IMG/VR virus record: IMGVR_UViG_3300028392_000029
Location: 159,177 to 223,176 of that record
Strand: one strand, 5' to 3'
Length of the DNA stretch: 64,000 nt
Part shown: piece after piece, positions 34,601 through 44,800 of the stretch
How the letters are laid out: every line of letters starts with the position of its first letter
Numbering within the stretch: position 1 is the first letter of the stretch
Notes under the pieces: generated by a model
Told to the model about the DNA's origin: nothing
Databases searched by the model: none
What the model saw: only the letters and a program-made list of their open reading frames with translations
Made by a program: the position numbers and the translations under genes

Positions 34601-35803
34601 CGGAGGATCGTTAAGCAAGTTACGTAAGTCTTCAATAATATATACATCTAATTTGTTAGATATATCGCTGGCTAATTTTCTTAAGAATCCGTTTGCGCCA
34701 CCGTTGCGTTCATACTGTGCAGGTGTTAAGAAAAACGCTTGTCCTAAAGTTAAAGATTCTGTAATGTTGCCTGCTTCATCTACACGATCTTGTGCGCCAG
34801 ACACTATGCTATGGCCAAAGCGTAGTGCCGCGGCAGCAAATTCTATTTTTATACTTGCATCGACTTCAGGTTTAAATCCAGTGTAAGCAGATATCGCATC
34901 ATTACCGATAATCTTTGGTAACCATTCTTTGTAAGTAATGACTTGTTCTTCTGCAATAACAATATTGCGGGCACGTTGATATAACTGTTCACCCGTCCAA
35001 GATGGATTAGCCGCACGTAGTCGATCTACATGCCAGTTATGTTCTCGTATAAACAGTGTCTGAATTGAAGTTAAATCTGGATTTTCAGTTCCACGGGGAT
35101 CGCCGAACAAAAATGATCCATTAACGATGGGACCATATTGTCCGTTACTAGATGTTAACAATTTGCCAGTAGTGGCGATCGAACCGCCTTCTCGTAATAA
35201 TACTGGATTAGTAAATCCACTAACAGGCGCAACACCGGGAGGGTATGCAATACCATAAACTACACTACCATCGATCCACCCTGTTACGTCATTGATCGGC
35301 AGTGCGGCAATCCCATTGATACCTGTACCGGGTGCAACTTGCGCACGAGTTACCGGTATGTGACTACCCGGTGTTAAATTAGTGTCGCCTGCTGGAACTA
35401 TAACATCAATATTAGCACCGCCAGTTCTTTCACTAGCCAGCTCATGAGTTATAAATTGACCCCATGCGTACATAAATCCACTATAGCCAGTTGGATCAGC
35501 AGTTTCACCTTCATTTACTTGATCCCATACTACTAAATTACTAACTGTGCGAGCATTGGCTAGATCAGTACGCATGGCATGTAAGCCATCTGTATAGCTG
35601 TTTACTGGGTATCGGGCAAATGCACTACCAGCAGAATTTCTTAATGGTACTGTTGGGTGATGACCTGTGCCGTCATATGACGGTGGAGGAACACCGTTAA
35701 ACGCCGCCGGAGGTATTAACGGTAATGGTAAGTTAACCGATACTTGTTCAGGGAATGATCCAAGACTGTAACCAGAACGTTGAGTCCAGATGTTTAGTGA
35801 CAT
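31610..35803 (-). CDS. Baseplate wedge-like protein with Ig-like (He_PIG) repeats and an inserted animal heme peroxidase domain
   Basis: Repeated GxLPPGL units; C-terminal YLPLWMR...CFCK...DYTVDRY; peroxidase at about residues 38-535. Confidence 0.8.
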   Translation of the reverse strand: MSLNIWTQRSGYSLGSFPEQVSVNLPLPLIPPAAFNGVPPPSYDGTGHHPTVPLRNSAGSAFARYPVNSYTDGLHAMRTDLANARTVSNLVVWDQVNEGETADPTGYSGFMYAWGQFITHELASERTGGANIDVIVPAGDTNLTPGSHIPVTRAQVAPGTGINGIAALPINDVTGWIDGSVVYGIAYPPGVAPVSGFTNPVLLREGGSIATTGKLLTSSNGQYGPIVNGSFLFGDPRGTENPDLTSIQTLFIREHNWHVDRLRAANPSWTGEQLYQRARNIVIAEEQVITYKEWLPKIIGNDAISAYTGFKPEVDASIKIEFAAAALRFGHSIVSGAQDRVDEAGNITESLTLGQAFFLTPAQYERNGGANGFLRKLASDISNKLDVYIIEDLRNLLNDPPAALDLAATNIQRGRDLGLPSLNQMRIALGFSAYTSFSQITSDVTVANALQSAYVNINDIDLWVGGLAEDRYPGAMVGPTFRAIIADQMIRLRDGDQSWYQNQPWNPTDLTWINSATLSDIILRNTDTVHMQADAFVAVERADLISGAVPSIVARSPSTSPPPLSDTAGITFTVISGSLPPGLILQSSTITGSPYIVSNDTTYKFCIRATNGTDIADRTFTITITGSNIPVFVTAAGPLPIGVHQQLYVLDDTHVDYQIEAFDLNTVVGSKLTYFIASDDGVLPKGLTLSSSGRLSGFILPTYKITAIDGSGTYDDGYYDGVAFDFGTTSNDGFDSYQYDGVFYDYNSPLHPPNSINSNYQFRVTLTDGVNYAQRIFKIFVVGTDQFRADSTTLDGGAGNFTADATYLREPVWINDSNLGVLRANNYITLPIVLYDNSNVIFNLSPTNQEIRAITKQLTNLDNTIGSHSLTITNASSPPLFGQYISFANYIPNATGELYRISVVADLGGGAYRLTLTTGLVMTLPDMVPFYMGSLSKLPPGTTFDAGTGEVYGIVPYQPAISKLYTFTLTATRIGEKGETTVAYKTFTVTIIGEIDSTVTWKTNSILETLHADYYSTLNISAVSSVPNSIVIYSIVDGALPPGLTLNLDGEIIGKVNQYYNPLNGSLGLIRFDTSATTFDKGIATFDYTYKFTVEARDQFGYSSRTRTFTLTIDTPNTTSYSNIVVRPFLKQDQRAIWKGFINDSTIFTPSSIYRINDQNFGIQSSLSMLVYGGIETKEAAAYIGAMGLNHKRKRFQFGSVSSSRAVDPATGLDLYEVIYINMIDPLSPASGKLPNKIINKFGISSDAITVDSSNNFWNNSAAVLNLDAPNSVRPEPIITADSTGYEVSNPNPNTIFPNSIANWQSRLSGVGLSERNYLPLWMRTIQTGQKQEQGYTLAIPICFCKVGTANDILLNIKFSKFDFQVLDYTVDRYTIDSVSGYLGDKYLIFRNDRITV
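34196..35690 (-). other. Peroxidase-cyclooxygenase superfamily (An_peroxidase) domain
   Basis: SYDGTG, WGQFITHE (distal Q/H), IDGSVVYG, GDPRGTEN (distal R/E), FIREHN, RFGHS (proximal H), NIQRGRDLG, DIDLWVGGLAE, RLRDGD. Confidence 0.92.
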
Positions 35804-35806
35804 TGT

Positions 35807-35884
35807 TTAATATCCAAATCTTGTTTTGTAAGTTGCGTACAATGACTGAACGTCGGCTAGCGTTACTGCTACTGCACCTGTCAT
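35807..35884 (-). pseudogene. 25-aa mini-ORF, probably an internally deleted remnant of a LamG-type tail protein gene
   Basis: MTGAVAVTLADVQSLYATYKTRFGY* fills the intergenic gap exactly. Confidence 0.5.
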
Positions 35885-35885
35885 A

Positions 35886-38600
35886 TTATGTTAGTCCTGT
35901 TCCGTTGATGTACCACGTTGTGGCTGCCACTTTAACTGCGGTGGCCATACCATGTGCGGCCAATGTGCGTGTACCAGTTGTACCTGTACCTGCTAGATAC
36001 ATAGTGTCTGTGGTAATAGCAATACTGACTGTGGTAGCACTTGGACCAGCTATGAATGTAAGTGTAGTTCCTATTGGATAGGCCACTGTTCCATTTGCTG
36101 GAATAGTCATAGTCTGACTTGCTGTATTCACATAAATGTGTTTGCCAGAATCACCTATGGCCAATGTAGCACTAGTGTTGGTAGCACTTTGTGGAAGTCC
36201 TAGATACCCTAGGCTAGAAGCTGTACTTGATGTAGTAGCAGTTGCCGCAAAGCCAGTGATAGGTGCACCGCTTGCACCTATGTTCAATGCTGTGGTAGCA
36301 CTACCAGCAATGGTAACTGAAGTTTGACTTGCATCGTTTAGCACACTAGTGGCCGTTAATACATCAACGTTGTTGATTTTATATTTCTTGCCTGAAGCAA
36401 TGTTCCAATGTTCACTTGCAGTCCAGTTGGTATTGGCATTGTCCCAGACTATGGTTTTATCAGTGGTACCTTTGAGAGTAATACCGCCGCCGTTGGCAGT
36501 TACATCAGTTGCACCTGTTGTTGTAATATTGGTAACTGAGCCAGCAACTGGTGTTGTACCGCCAGTTGCCGTATAAGTTAAACTTGTACCATCAATAATG
36601 CTAGCAACAATATAAGCTCCAGACCCACCTAAACTTCCCGGAGCACCATTAGTAGCAGAAATTGCACTGCCGACAATTAGATCAGTAGTGGTCGTCATGC
36701 CGGTAATAGTTGCGGCCCATGGACTTCCTAGTGCTGTAGCCACAGTTAGTGTTAAACTATTTGAGCCTAATAGGCCGCCTAATACCGCACCTGAAATAAG
36801 AATGGTGTCGCCGATCGCATACCCACTTCCCGGAGTAGCTACAGTGATAGTCGTGAATCCAGCGTAACTGGTTCCGGATCCAGTTTTTGTAATATTAAAT
36901 GTTGCACCTATGCCTGTACCACTGGTAGATAGCTGACTTACACCTGAATAAGTTCCGGCTGCGGAAACACTAGTACCGCTAGCTGTAAAAGTAGTTGAGC
37001 CTTGTAGTAGTGCGCCCTTGATAGAGCCAACAGTTCCTGTAGCACTAACTGTTTGAGATGCCACACTGCCTAGTTCAATATTTTTGTCATCAACGGTAAC
37101 AGTAGTTGAATTAATGTTTGTACTTGTTCCTTGTACAGTTAAGTTGCCACTGATAACTACGTTGCCGGTATGCGATAATGTAGAGTCATTGCCAATTTTT
37201 GTAGCCAGTGTTAGTACACCGAGGCTGTTTGTTACATAGAATGTTAAACTTCCCGGAGTCTTTCCGGCTGCTACTGTACCGTCAACAGATGATTCAATTT
37301 TTGCAGTGTACTGCAAATTAGTTCCATCATATGATCTAAATGCTATCTGTCCAGTCATGTCTCCAAAAATTAAAGTTGTTGGAGTAGCAATAGTTCCCCT
37401 GTATTTTCTTAATGATAGTATTGCTGGATTGTTATCACTAAAGTAATTGCTTACCCTTAAGATCGAACTGTTGCCGCCGGCAGTTGCGGTAACATCTAAA
37501 CTACCGCTACCTCCGTCGTTAGTAAAAAACGGACCAATAGTCACCCTGCCTACACCTGTCGCTCGTAATACTGAATTTATATTACCGTTGATATCTTGAA
37601 CATTCATGGTCAAGCTACCGGGCATGTTACCTTCGATATATCCTGCGACTGTCTGAGGGCCTAGGGTGCCAACTAGTGCATACTGCACTTGGGTAGTAGT
37701 CGGAGTTCCTGTAATGACGAAAGTTCCATTGAATGCAGTTGGGGTAACTCCAGCAACTAGAATAGTTTGACCTGTAACAAAACAAACACTAGGTTGCGCG
37801 GCAAAAGTTAAAGTAGCAGTTCCGCCAGATGCAAATGCCGCGGTGATAGCTATTCTAGGATTAACTACAGGTCTAACAGTTGTTGCTCGACCAGCAACAA
37901 CACTAACGTTATTATCTATAACTTCTGCTCTTATATTTGCGACAAGCTGAAATTGATTACCGGTGTGTCCTGAAAACGCTAGGTATCCTATATCATCAAA
38001 ATAAGATAGTGACGTCGGTACAATACTTGTTCCTCGTCCTCGTCTAATAGAAATAGAATTGCCAAGACTGTCATTATTATATGTGTCAGATAACAGTACA
38101 CTTCTACCACTAGATGATGCAACAATTCGGAATGTACCGTCAGTATTGGTTAGAATATTATCGACTTCGCCCCAGACAAGATTTTGTGATGCCGCTATAG
38201 TATTTCCAGCCGCTGGCCAATAAGCCAGCGAGCCTGCTATGCCGGTAGGTATGACATTCAGTGTTAGCGTACGAGTAACACTATTATATGAGATTGTAAT
38301 GCCTTTTGTTGTTGCAGTTGTTAATAAGGCAGCAGCCGCATCTTTTGTTCGATTTGTTGTAAAGTAAGTATTATAGGTACCTTCGTTGACGTTGTCAGTA
38401 GTTAGGGCAACATTGCCTATTTGGCCGTTAACAGTTTGTACAGGTGCTAGAGAAATGCCCCCGGCAACTAAACTGCCAGTGCCCCCAGTCTTACCTCCAA
38501 CATACAATAAATTAGTATCAGTTGTATAGAGTAATTCACCTTCTGCAGGAGTAATCCCAGTTCGTTGACTGTTGGTGCCTCTTCTTATTTGTAATGTCAT
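35886..38600 (-). CDS. Tail fibre protein
   Basis: Mtd-like N-terminus LQIRRGT...EGELLYTTDT; Gly/Thr-rich modules; AGGAG SD. Confidence 0.8.
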   Translation of the reverse strand: MTLQIRRGTNSQRTGITPAEGELLYTTDTNLLYVGGKTGGTGSLVAGGISLAPVQTVNGQIGNVALTTDNVNEGTYNTYFTTNRTKDAAAALLTTATTKGITISYNSVTRTLTLNVIPTGIAGSLAYWPAAGNTIAASQNLVWGEVDNILTNTDGTFRIVASSSGRSVLLSDTYNNDSLGNSISIRRGRGTSIVPTSLSYFDDIGYLAFSGHTGNQFQLVANIRAEVIDNNVSVVAGRATTVRPVVNPRIAITAAFASGGTATLTFAAQPSVCFVTGQTILVAGVTPTAFNGTFVITGTPTTTQVQYALVGTLGPQTVAGYIEGNMPGSLTMNVQDINGNINSVLRATGVGRVTIGPFFTNDGGSGSLDVTATAGGNSSILRVSNYFSDNNPAILSLRKYRGTIATPTTLIFGDMTGQIAFRSYDGTNLQYTAKIESSVDGTVAAGKTPGSLTFYVTNSLGVLTLATKIGNDSTLSHTGNVVISGNLTVQGTSTNINSTTVTVDDKNIELGSVASQTVSATGTVGSIKGALLQGSTTFTASGTSVSAAGTYSGVSQLSTSGTGIGATFNITKTGSGTSYAGFTTITVATPGSGYAIGDTILISGAVLGGLLGSNSLTLTVATALGSPWAATITGMTTTTDLIVGSAISATNGAPGSLGGSGAYIVASIIDGTSLTYTATGGTTPVAGSVTNITTTGATDVTANGGGITLKGTTDKTIVWDNANTNWTASEHWNIASGKKYKINNVDVLTATSVLNDASQTSVTIAGSATTALNIGASGAPITGFAATATTSSTASSLGYLGLPQSATNTSATLAIGDSGKHIYVNTASQTMTIPANGTVAYPIGTTLTFIAGPSATTVSIAITTDTMYLAGTGTTGTRTLAAHGMATAVKVAATTWYINGTGLT

Positions 38601-38614
38601 TCTATTCTCCTACC

Positions 38615-39085
38615 TTAAAAGGTTCCTAAATCGTATGTACCTATTGGGTTGGCAAATGTGCCTTGATCGCCAATAGTGCCGCTTAATAATGTTTGTACTT
38701 GGGTATTTAATGTTCGTATATCAAAACCCCAAACTGTGGTTTGTATGTCACCCGTGCCCGTTATGTTGTGATTATTTAAATTTAAATTACCACCTAATCT
38801 TGGAACCGGGTCGCTTTGTACAGCACCTAACGCATTGATATTAACTGTGGTCGGGGTACTTGTAACAGTAACTCCGCTACTGCCTGTTATGGTTTTAAAC
38901 TGTAGTACGCCGTTGGTATCTACTGAAAATAACCCAGCTCCTGATCCAATGTTCTGTCCGTTTATACCGGCAATTTGTGCTGATAAAAATACAAAATTAT
39001 CATTAGCTTTGGTAAAAGCCGTGCGTAAATCATCGCCTGTACCGTCATTCGCGTATGAACCTAATTTAATCTGTTGAATTGCCAT
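38615..39085 (-). CDS. Short tail/baseplate protein
   Basis: gp9/gp10-like N-terminus ANDGTGDDLRTAFTKANDNF; DPVPRLGGNL; TAAATA at 39104-39109. Confidence 0.75.
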   Translation of the reverse strand: MAIQQIKLGSYANDGTGDDLRTAFTKANDNFVFLSAQIAGINGQNIGSGAGLFSVDTNGVLQFKTITGSSGVTVTSTPTTVNINALGAVQSDPVPRLGGNLNLNNHNITGTGDIQTTVWGFDIRTLNTQVQTLLSGTIGDQGTFANPIGTYDLGTF

Positions 39086-39115
39086 GGTCTATTCCGTTTA
39101 GTATATTTACCGTAA

Positions 39116-41863
39116 TTAGCTAATGCTTACTCTGTGTATAGTCAGTCTACAGCCGCTGGCAAGATCGATATTTGCTCCGCTAGCATTCCTTAAAACAAAA
39201 CAATGAATGGTGTCCCCGGCGGTGGCTTGAACCACAGTTGAATAGTGTAGATATCGCCCCGACCATGCATCCTGCATGATTGTGACTGTTTTAGCACCGT
39301 CACTGCTGTCTATGAGGAAAAAGCTACCTGAGTTTAATGTCACTGATGTTGAGAAATATATTGACACATTGAATTGATAGTATCCTGTATATGGTGCTGT
39401 GAATACACCATTGGCGTATGCATTAGCAGTGTCCACTGTTTCAGTAAACAGAATGTAGGCGGCACTTGCTTGATCTATGATTGTTCTTGTAGTTGATGTT
39501 TGGGCAATCACTGTGACAGGTTTGTAACTGGCAATAACACTGGCATCTGGTAATGTTATCTGGCCACTACTTCCAAAAATATAATTGTTACCGCCCACTT
39601 GTAGTGTAATGGCATTTGATAAAGTATTTGACAGCGTGTCTCCACTGAACGCAAAATTACCCAAACTTGGTGCGGATCCGTAGGTAACTTCTTTAGTTGT
39701 GGTGTTGTAATATAACACATTGGATGTTGCTGTGGCAGTTCTAATTGGTGCCACATAGAAACTGTTGGGTTGTTCGGCAACACTATTGACTATAACACCG
39801 CTGGCATTTAATATGATGGTGTTGGCCGCTTGGTTGTTGTCTCCCGCCCTATAACCGATTGCTATGGCATTGGCACCTTGGCCGCCTAGGCCGGCTTGCT
39901 TACCAATGGCCACGCTGTTTACACCTTGTAAGTTATACCCAGCACCAAAGCCCACAGCCACTGCACCTTGACCTTGCACGGATATTCCAGCCAAGGCACC
40001 AATGGCCACTGTTTCAGTTCCTTGGTCACTATTACCCGCTTGTGTGCCAATGGCCACTGCATTGGCACCTTGTGAGGTTGTTCCGGCATCTTCACCAAAT
40101 ACCACACTATTACCCGCAGTGTCTTTTATCACTGCACCGTTGGGCAATGTCAATGCACCATCCGTGCCAAATGTAAAATTATGTGGAACTGTGCTTGAGG
40201 TTGAAAAAGATACACTACGGATACCCGTATTGTTAGGCAGTGTGCCGTCTACTCTACCACTCACACGCTGCCAGGTTGGATGTGCTGGATCGTATTGTCC
40301 TTGAGTTGTGAACGCCTGTGTTATGGTGCCAGTAAACAAATTAGGCTGGCCACCGGATGTTTCATACACCACACCCATACCCGTGCCCAGAGCCAGTCCA
40401 GTCACATAGGTCACAAACGCAGGGGTTCCGAACAGGGCAAACTCAATCTGTGACGGATTGCGTTGATACCATCCCTGTATAAATGTGCCGTTTACTGTTA
40501 TGTCTCTTGAGAAGGCTTGCGCATTGTTATAGGTCGGACTGGTGGTAACCACTGTTTCCTGAGTGGTAACTGCAAGCGCAGTGTCTACCGCAGATTTAAT
40601 GGTGTTGCTGGGAAATGTCAATACACCAGTTGAAGCAAGACTCAATGTGCTGCCACCGTTGACCAAACTACTCACACTGCCAGTCCAGGCTGTGGTCTGT
40701 ACAGAAGCGTCTGGGAATGTTAAGCTACCATCTGTGCCAAGACTCCACTGTTTAACACCACCAGAAGTTTGTGTTTCAATTTGCAACACTTTGTTAAGAT
40801 CAGCGGTTATAGTAGAGTAAGGCGTGCCATTTTTCCGAAAGGTGAGTCCTGACGGCAATGTTAAGACGCCACTAGAACTAAGGCTCACAGTTTGTGTGCT
40901 GTTGACTAATGTGCTTACACTGCCAAGCCAGGCTGTGGTTTGTACCGTGGCATTGGGGAATGTTAAATTACCATTCTTGCCAAAGGTCCAGATACTGTTT
41001 GTTGCCCCAGGCTTATAAAAACTCCAAGATGAAACGCCAAAAGTATCGCTAGCACCTGTGAAGTCGTCAGTACTTAAAGTTATACGCCATTCCCCAATAT
41101 TAGCGTCAGGAGCAGCCACAGCAGTTATTTGCATTACACATGTTCTACTAATCACATAGTCACCAACAGCGACTACGGTTGCCCAATTGGGTGCTGAAGA
41201 AATTGAGAACACTAGGGTAAAAAAATCACTGTAAAGAGCACTAAGGTTAGATAGGTAATAAGCGCCAGTTTGTATTTTTATATCCAATGCTGATTTTATT
41301 TTTGACCCAACTCCAGCCATGATATCAAAATTTGGCAATGTTACTGTGCCATCCGAGCCAAGGCTCACTGTGCGAGCACCGTTGACTAATGTGCTTACAC
41401 TGCCACTGCTGGCAGTAACAACGCCACTGCCATCTATACTTAGGCCAGTGCCAATTTTGATACCACCCAATATGGATGCGGATGCTGTGGGCAATGTGTA
41501 AGCACTGGGTATGGTGGGCTTGTTGGTCAAGTCTGTATATGAACCACTGAACAATGTGGGTTTGTTCAGTATAACTCCTAATCCACTAGATGCAGTCCAG
41601 TTGCTTTGTACCTGTGCCGCCGCCCCAGTTAGTAATATTTTGTTATTGGCATCATCATAGGTCACCGTGATGTTGGTGTGACTGGCATGTGTGAACAAGG
41701 GTGCCGCATAGTCCTGTGCCAGTTCAATCAAAGCCGCACTTGAACCGCCAGTTAAGGCATACAGTTCTGTGAAGTTTGCATTTACTTTTATAAACGCATT
41801 ACGAAGTGTATCACCGCTTTTGTCGTTGGCACTAGCACCAACTAGGATATTTTGTTTAGACAT
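39116..41863 (-). CDS. Tail fibre/receptor-binding protein with YadA-like head repeats and a C-terminal C1q-like domain
   Basis: ANDKSGDTLRNAF N-terminus; repeated AVAIG; GVFTAPYTGYYQF. Confidence 0.8.
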   Translation of the reverse strand: MSKQNILVGASANDKSGDTLRNAFIKVNANFTELYALTGGSSAALIELAQDYAAPLFTHASHTNITVTYDDANNKILLTGAAAQVQSNWTASSGLGVILNKPTLFSGSYTDLTNKPTIPSAYTLPTASASILGGIKIGTGLSIDGSGVVTASSGSVSTLVNGARTVSLGSDGTVTLPNFDIMAGVGSKIKSALDIKIQTGAYYLSNLSALYSDFFTLVFSISSAPNWATVVAVGDYVISRTCVMQITAVAAPDANIGEWRITLSTDDFTGASDTFGVSSWSFYKPGATNSIWTFGKNGNLTFPNATVQTTAWLGSVSTLVNSTQTVSLSSSGVLTLPSGLTFRKNGTPYSTITADLNKVLQIETQTSGGVKQWSLGTDGSLTFPDASVQTTAWTGSVSSLVNGGSTLSLASTGVLTFPSNTIKSAVDTALAVTTQETVVTTSPTYNNAQAFSRDITVNGTFIQGWYQRNPSQIEFALFGTPAFVTYVTGLALGTGMGVVYETSGGQPNLFTGTITQAFTTQGQYDPAHPTWQRVSGRVDGTLPNNTGIRSVSFSTSSTVPHNFTFGTDGALTLPNGAVIKDTAGNSVVFGEDAGTTSQGANAVAIGTQAGNSDQGTETVAIGALAGISVQGQGAVAVGFGAGYNLQGVNSVAIGKQAGLGGQGANAIAIGYRAGDNNQAANTIILNASGVIVNSVAEQPNSFYVAPIRTATATSNVLYYNTTTKEVTYGSAPSLGNFAFSGDTLSNTLSNAITLQVGGNNYIFGSSGQITLPDASVIASYKPVTVIAQTSTTRTIIDQASAAYILFTETVDTANAYANGVFTAPYTGYYQFNVSIYFSTSVTLNSGSFFLIDSSDGAKTVTIMQDAWSGRYLHYSTVVQATAGDTIHCFVLRNASGANIDLASGCRLTIHRVSIS
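40901..41405. repeat. 25-bp identical direct repeat, 480 bp apart, inside the tail fibre gene
   Basis: gttgactaatgtgcttacactgcca at 40901-40925 and 41381-41405; a third diverged copy near 40660. Confidence 0.9.
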
Positions 41864-44800
41864 TATGATCTCCCTACTGCAACTTCGATTACGCCCACAC
41901 TATCGTAGTCTTTGTCCTGGATAGCCTTACCAATAATACTGCCAATCTGTGGATTAGTTGACTTGACTGCGCAACCCTCTACAGCTGATGTTGTTAGTAA
42001 ATCACCCTTCTTAACTCGACCAACTACTCGGCACGGAATACGACCTGCTAGTGCTAGACAGACCTTGATGCCCTGTTGTCCTTCGTTCATTACATAAGCC
42101 GGGTTAGTTGTTACTACACCTGCTAATCTAGTGTCGTTAAATGTAGTAGTTGAAGTAACTTCTTTGTCACCACCAAACACTAACACCCAACCTTCTGGAT
42201 ATTCTTGATCACCTTCATAGAACTCAGCCAAGTCAGCATATGTACTGCGTAGTTGACTACCAGTTGTTAAACTCCAGTTACCATCAATAGTACCAGCGGC
42301 TGTACTTGATCCAGCTGTTAAGTTATTTGATTTTAATATACCTAGGCTAAAATCAAACTGGCTACTAGCCGTCAAGTACCACTGACCCTCCATTGATCCA
42401 CCAGTAGCAGGTGCACCAGCAGTAAATGTTGTAGCAACTAATGTTCCGTTGCTGGTATTTAAAGTACCCTGTGTAGTAATAGTAGTGTTACTGCCAGTAG
42501 TACCAACAGCAGTCATGTAGTAGAATGGAGTTGCTTGAACTATACCACCTGGGGTACTATGTTGTACAGTAGTTCCGCTAGTTGATAGTACTGTGAAGCC
42601 TCCAACTTTTAAGTTAGCAACGTCGGCACTTCCATCAACCCCAGTTTTAAGTATTTGATTAGCACCACGAGTTGAAGTAATACCAACTACAGTATATGAA
42701 TTATTTGCACTGTTAGATCCGTCATAGCCTACGACCATAGCACCACTTGCGCCAAACGATCCATTACTAATACCACCGGCAGCATTTAAAATCTGTGTTG
42801 GTGTTACTTCTGACGGACTAGCGGCGCTGGCAGTTAAATTACCAAGCACAGTTCCAACACTCATCTGTTGTATTTTACTATAGGTAATACCGGTTATAGC
42901 ACTAGTACTGGTTAATAAATCAATCCAACCGTTGGTACTGCTAAATGACGAGCTGTTAAAACTAGCTATACCTAAATCAGCTTGCGCAATTCCAGTGTAG
43001 TTAGCTCGAGTCGTAGCCGCAGTCATTGCCAGCTTGCTTTGCGCGATTGCCGCGCTAGCATTAACATCGGCGTTGACAATTGCTCCGGCATTGAGGTTGG
43101 TAACTATAGTGCCGGTGCCCGAGTTGTAGGTGATCGATAAATCACCTGTAGGAGCCGCAACGTTTTTCCACTTACCCAACCCGACATCGTACACTAAGAA
43201 CGATCCCGATGACACAGCATTTAAGAAGAATATAGTTCCACTTGGGTTGCTGTTCGGATATGTTCCTAGAGTAATTGTGGCAACACCTGCGCCGCTGATA
43301 CTCACACTTTGAACGATCTGAGTACCGTCAAATCCAGTACCATACACTGCTAACCCGCTAGTAATACTTCCACTGATGTTGTTAACTGTTAACACATAGC
43401 TAATACTACTGCCGCTTAGATACAGGCCCCTGCCAGCGGCAATGCCCACATCTAGCAATTTGAATATCGAGTTTAATGCAATCAAACTTTGGTCAACATA
43501 ATCTCTGTTAGCCCCGTCATACTTGCTAGTACTGGTACTTGGCATTGTTAAATTACCAATACTAAAGTTACCTAAATTTAAATTACCCTTCATGGCTAGT
43601 GTGCCGTTAAGTGCTAGATATCCTGGGCCGATCAAACTAGTTGTAGCTACTGGACTACCGCCATAGTCTAAACCTAATCTGTTGTCAATGAAACTACGAG
43701 TAGCACTTTGTACCGGAACAATGTCCGGTGCGTTATCAGTCATTGTAGGATCAGTTGAGAATTGAGTAACAACAACACCGCGTTTAAATCCTAAACCGTC
43801 CAAGTTACTAAGGGCAATACTTGCTGAGAATGTAACAGTACCAGTGCCCTGGTCAACGCTGAAGAATCGACCTACACGGAATATACCGTTTTCGTCTGTG
43901 GTCACATAGAACACACGACCTACTGTTTCTTCTTTAACTTGATTACTACCGTTTGACTGTATTGCCGGATTACCGTAAATTTGTACAGGATAGTTAGTAG
44001 TAACATACCCGCCAGTACCGATATCTAAGAAGTCATGTCCCGTAGCTCGGCAAGTACTAATACGTGTGGTAATTTGAGCCGCTGATCCAGCTGGTCTACC
44101 TAGACGCAGGGTAGCACTGGTAAGAGTACTAAATGGTCTTCCAATACCTAGCGTATTGCTAGAGCCACTAGTTACTTCTAAAGTCACAGTAGTATTAAAC
44201 GCTGTACTCCATGTACCCGGATCTTGAGGATATGTTAGTGTAATAGTTGTGGCGCTACTTGCACTGCACAAATAGAATCCGTTGTACAATGGATTGTTGT
44301 TACCCGAAACAAGATAATAGCTTCCTGTAACGGGCGCAGTTGTTGTGGCAAAATTCAATACCACACTGTAAGTCGGGCCAGTACCGATGATAGTCTTACT
44401 TGTAAATCCAGTACTAGCATCAACTGCAAGACTTGTACCATATCCGTAGTTTGGAGAATACAATGACAACAGAGTTCCTACACTAACACTACCAGACGAT
44501 ACGGTTATATCGCTTCCACCTAATGAAGTAGCAATACCGATAGATGTTCCTGCTACTTTGTTAATGTAGTACAATGTATTTGGAGAAACTCCGTTAACTG
44601 GCGTTAAGATGGTCCCAGTTCCAAATGCCGAGCCACTGAATGTAATCTGTTGTCCAGCATTTAATCCGGTAGCCGATGCAACTGTTAATAGATTTGCCAG
44701 CCCTGAAATACTAGTACTGGAAACAGTTTGACTTGCACTAACTGTGTAACTGGTACCGACAATACCAATATTAATTCCGTTAGTAGCCGCACCACTGAGT

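Noticed and set aside
34090-35720. Peroxidase insert as an intein, intron or eukaryotic contamination
   Set aside because: There are no splice motifs, the frame is continuous, and base composition looks like the flanking phage sequence by eye. Read support should still be checked
39116-41863. Tail-fibre repeats as a diversity-generating retroelement or shufflon
   Set aside because: No reverse transcriptase or invertase is present in the window, the repeats are direct and coding, and I saw no adenine-specific mismatch pattern
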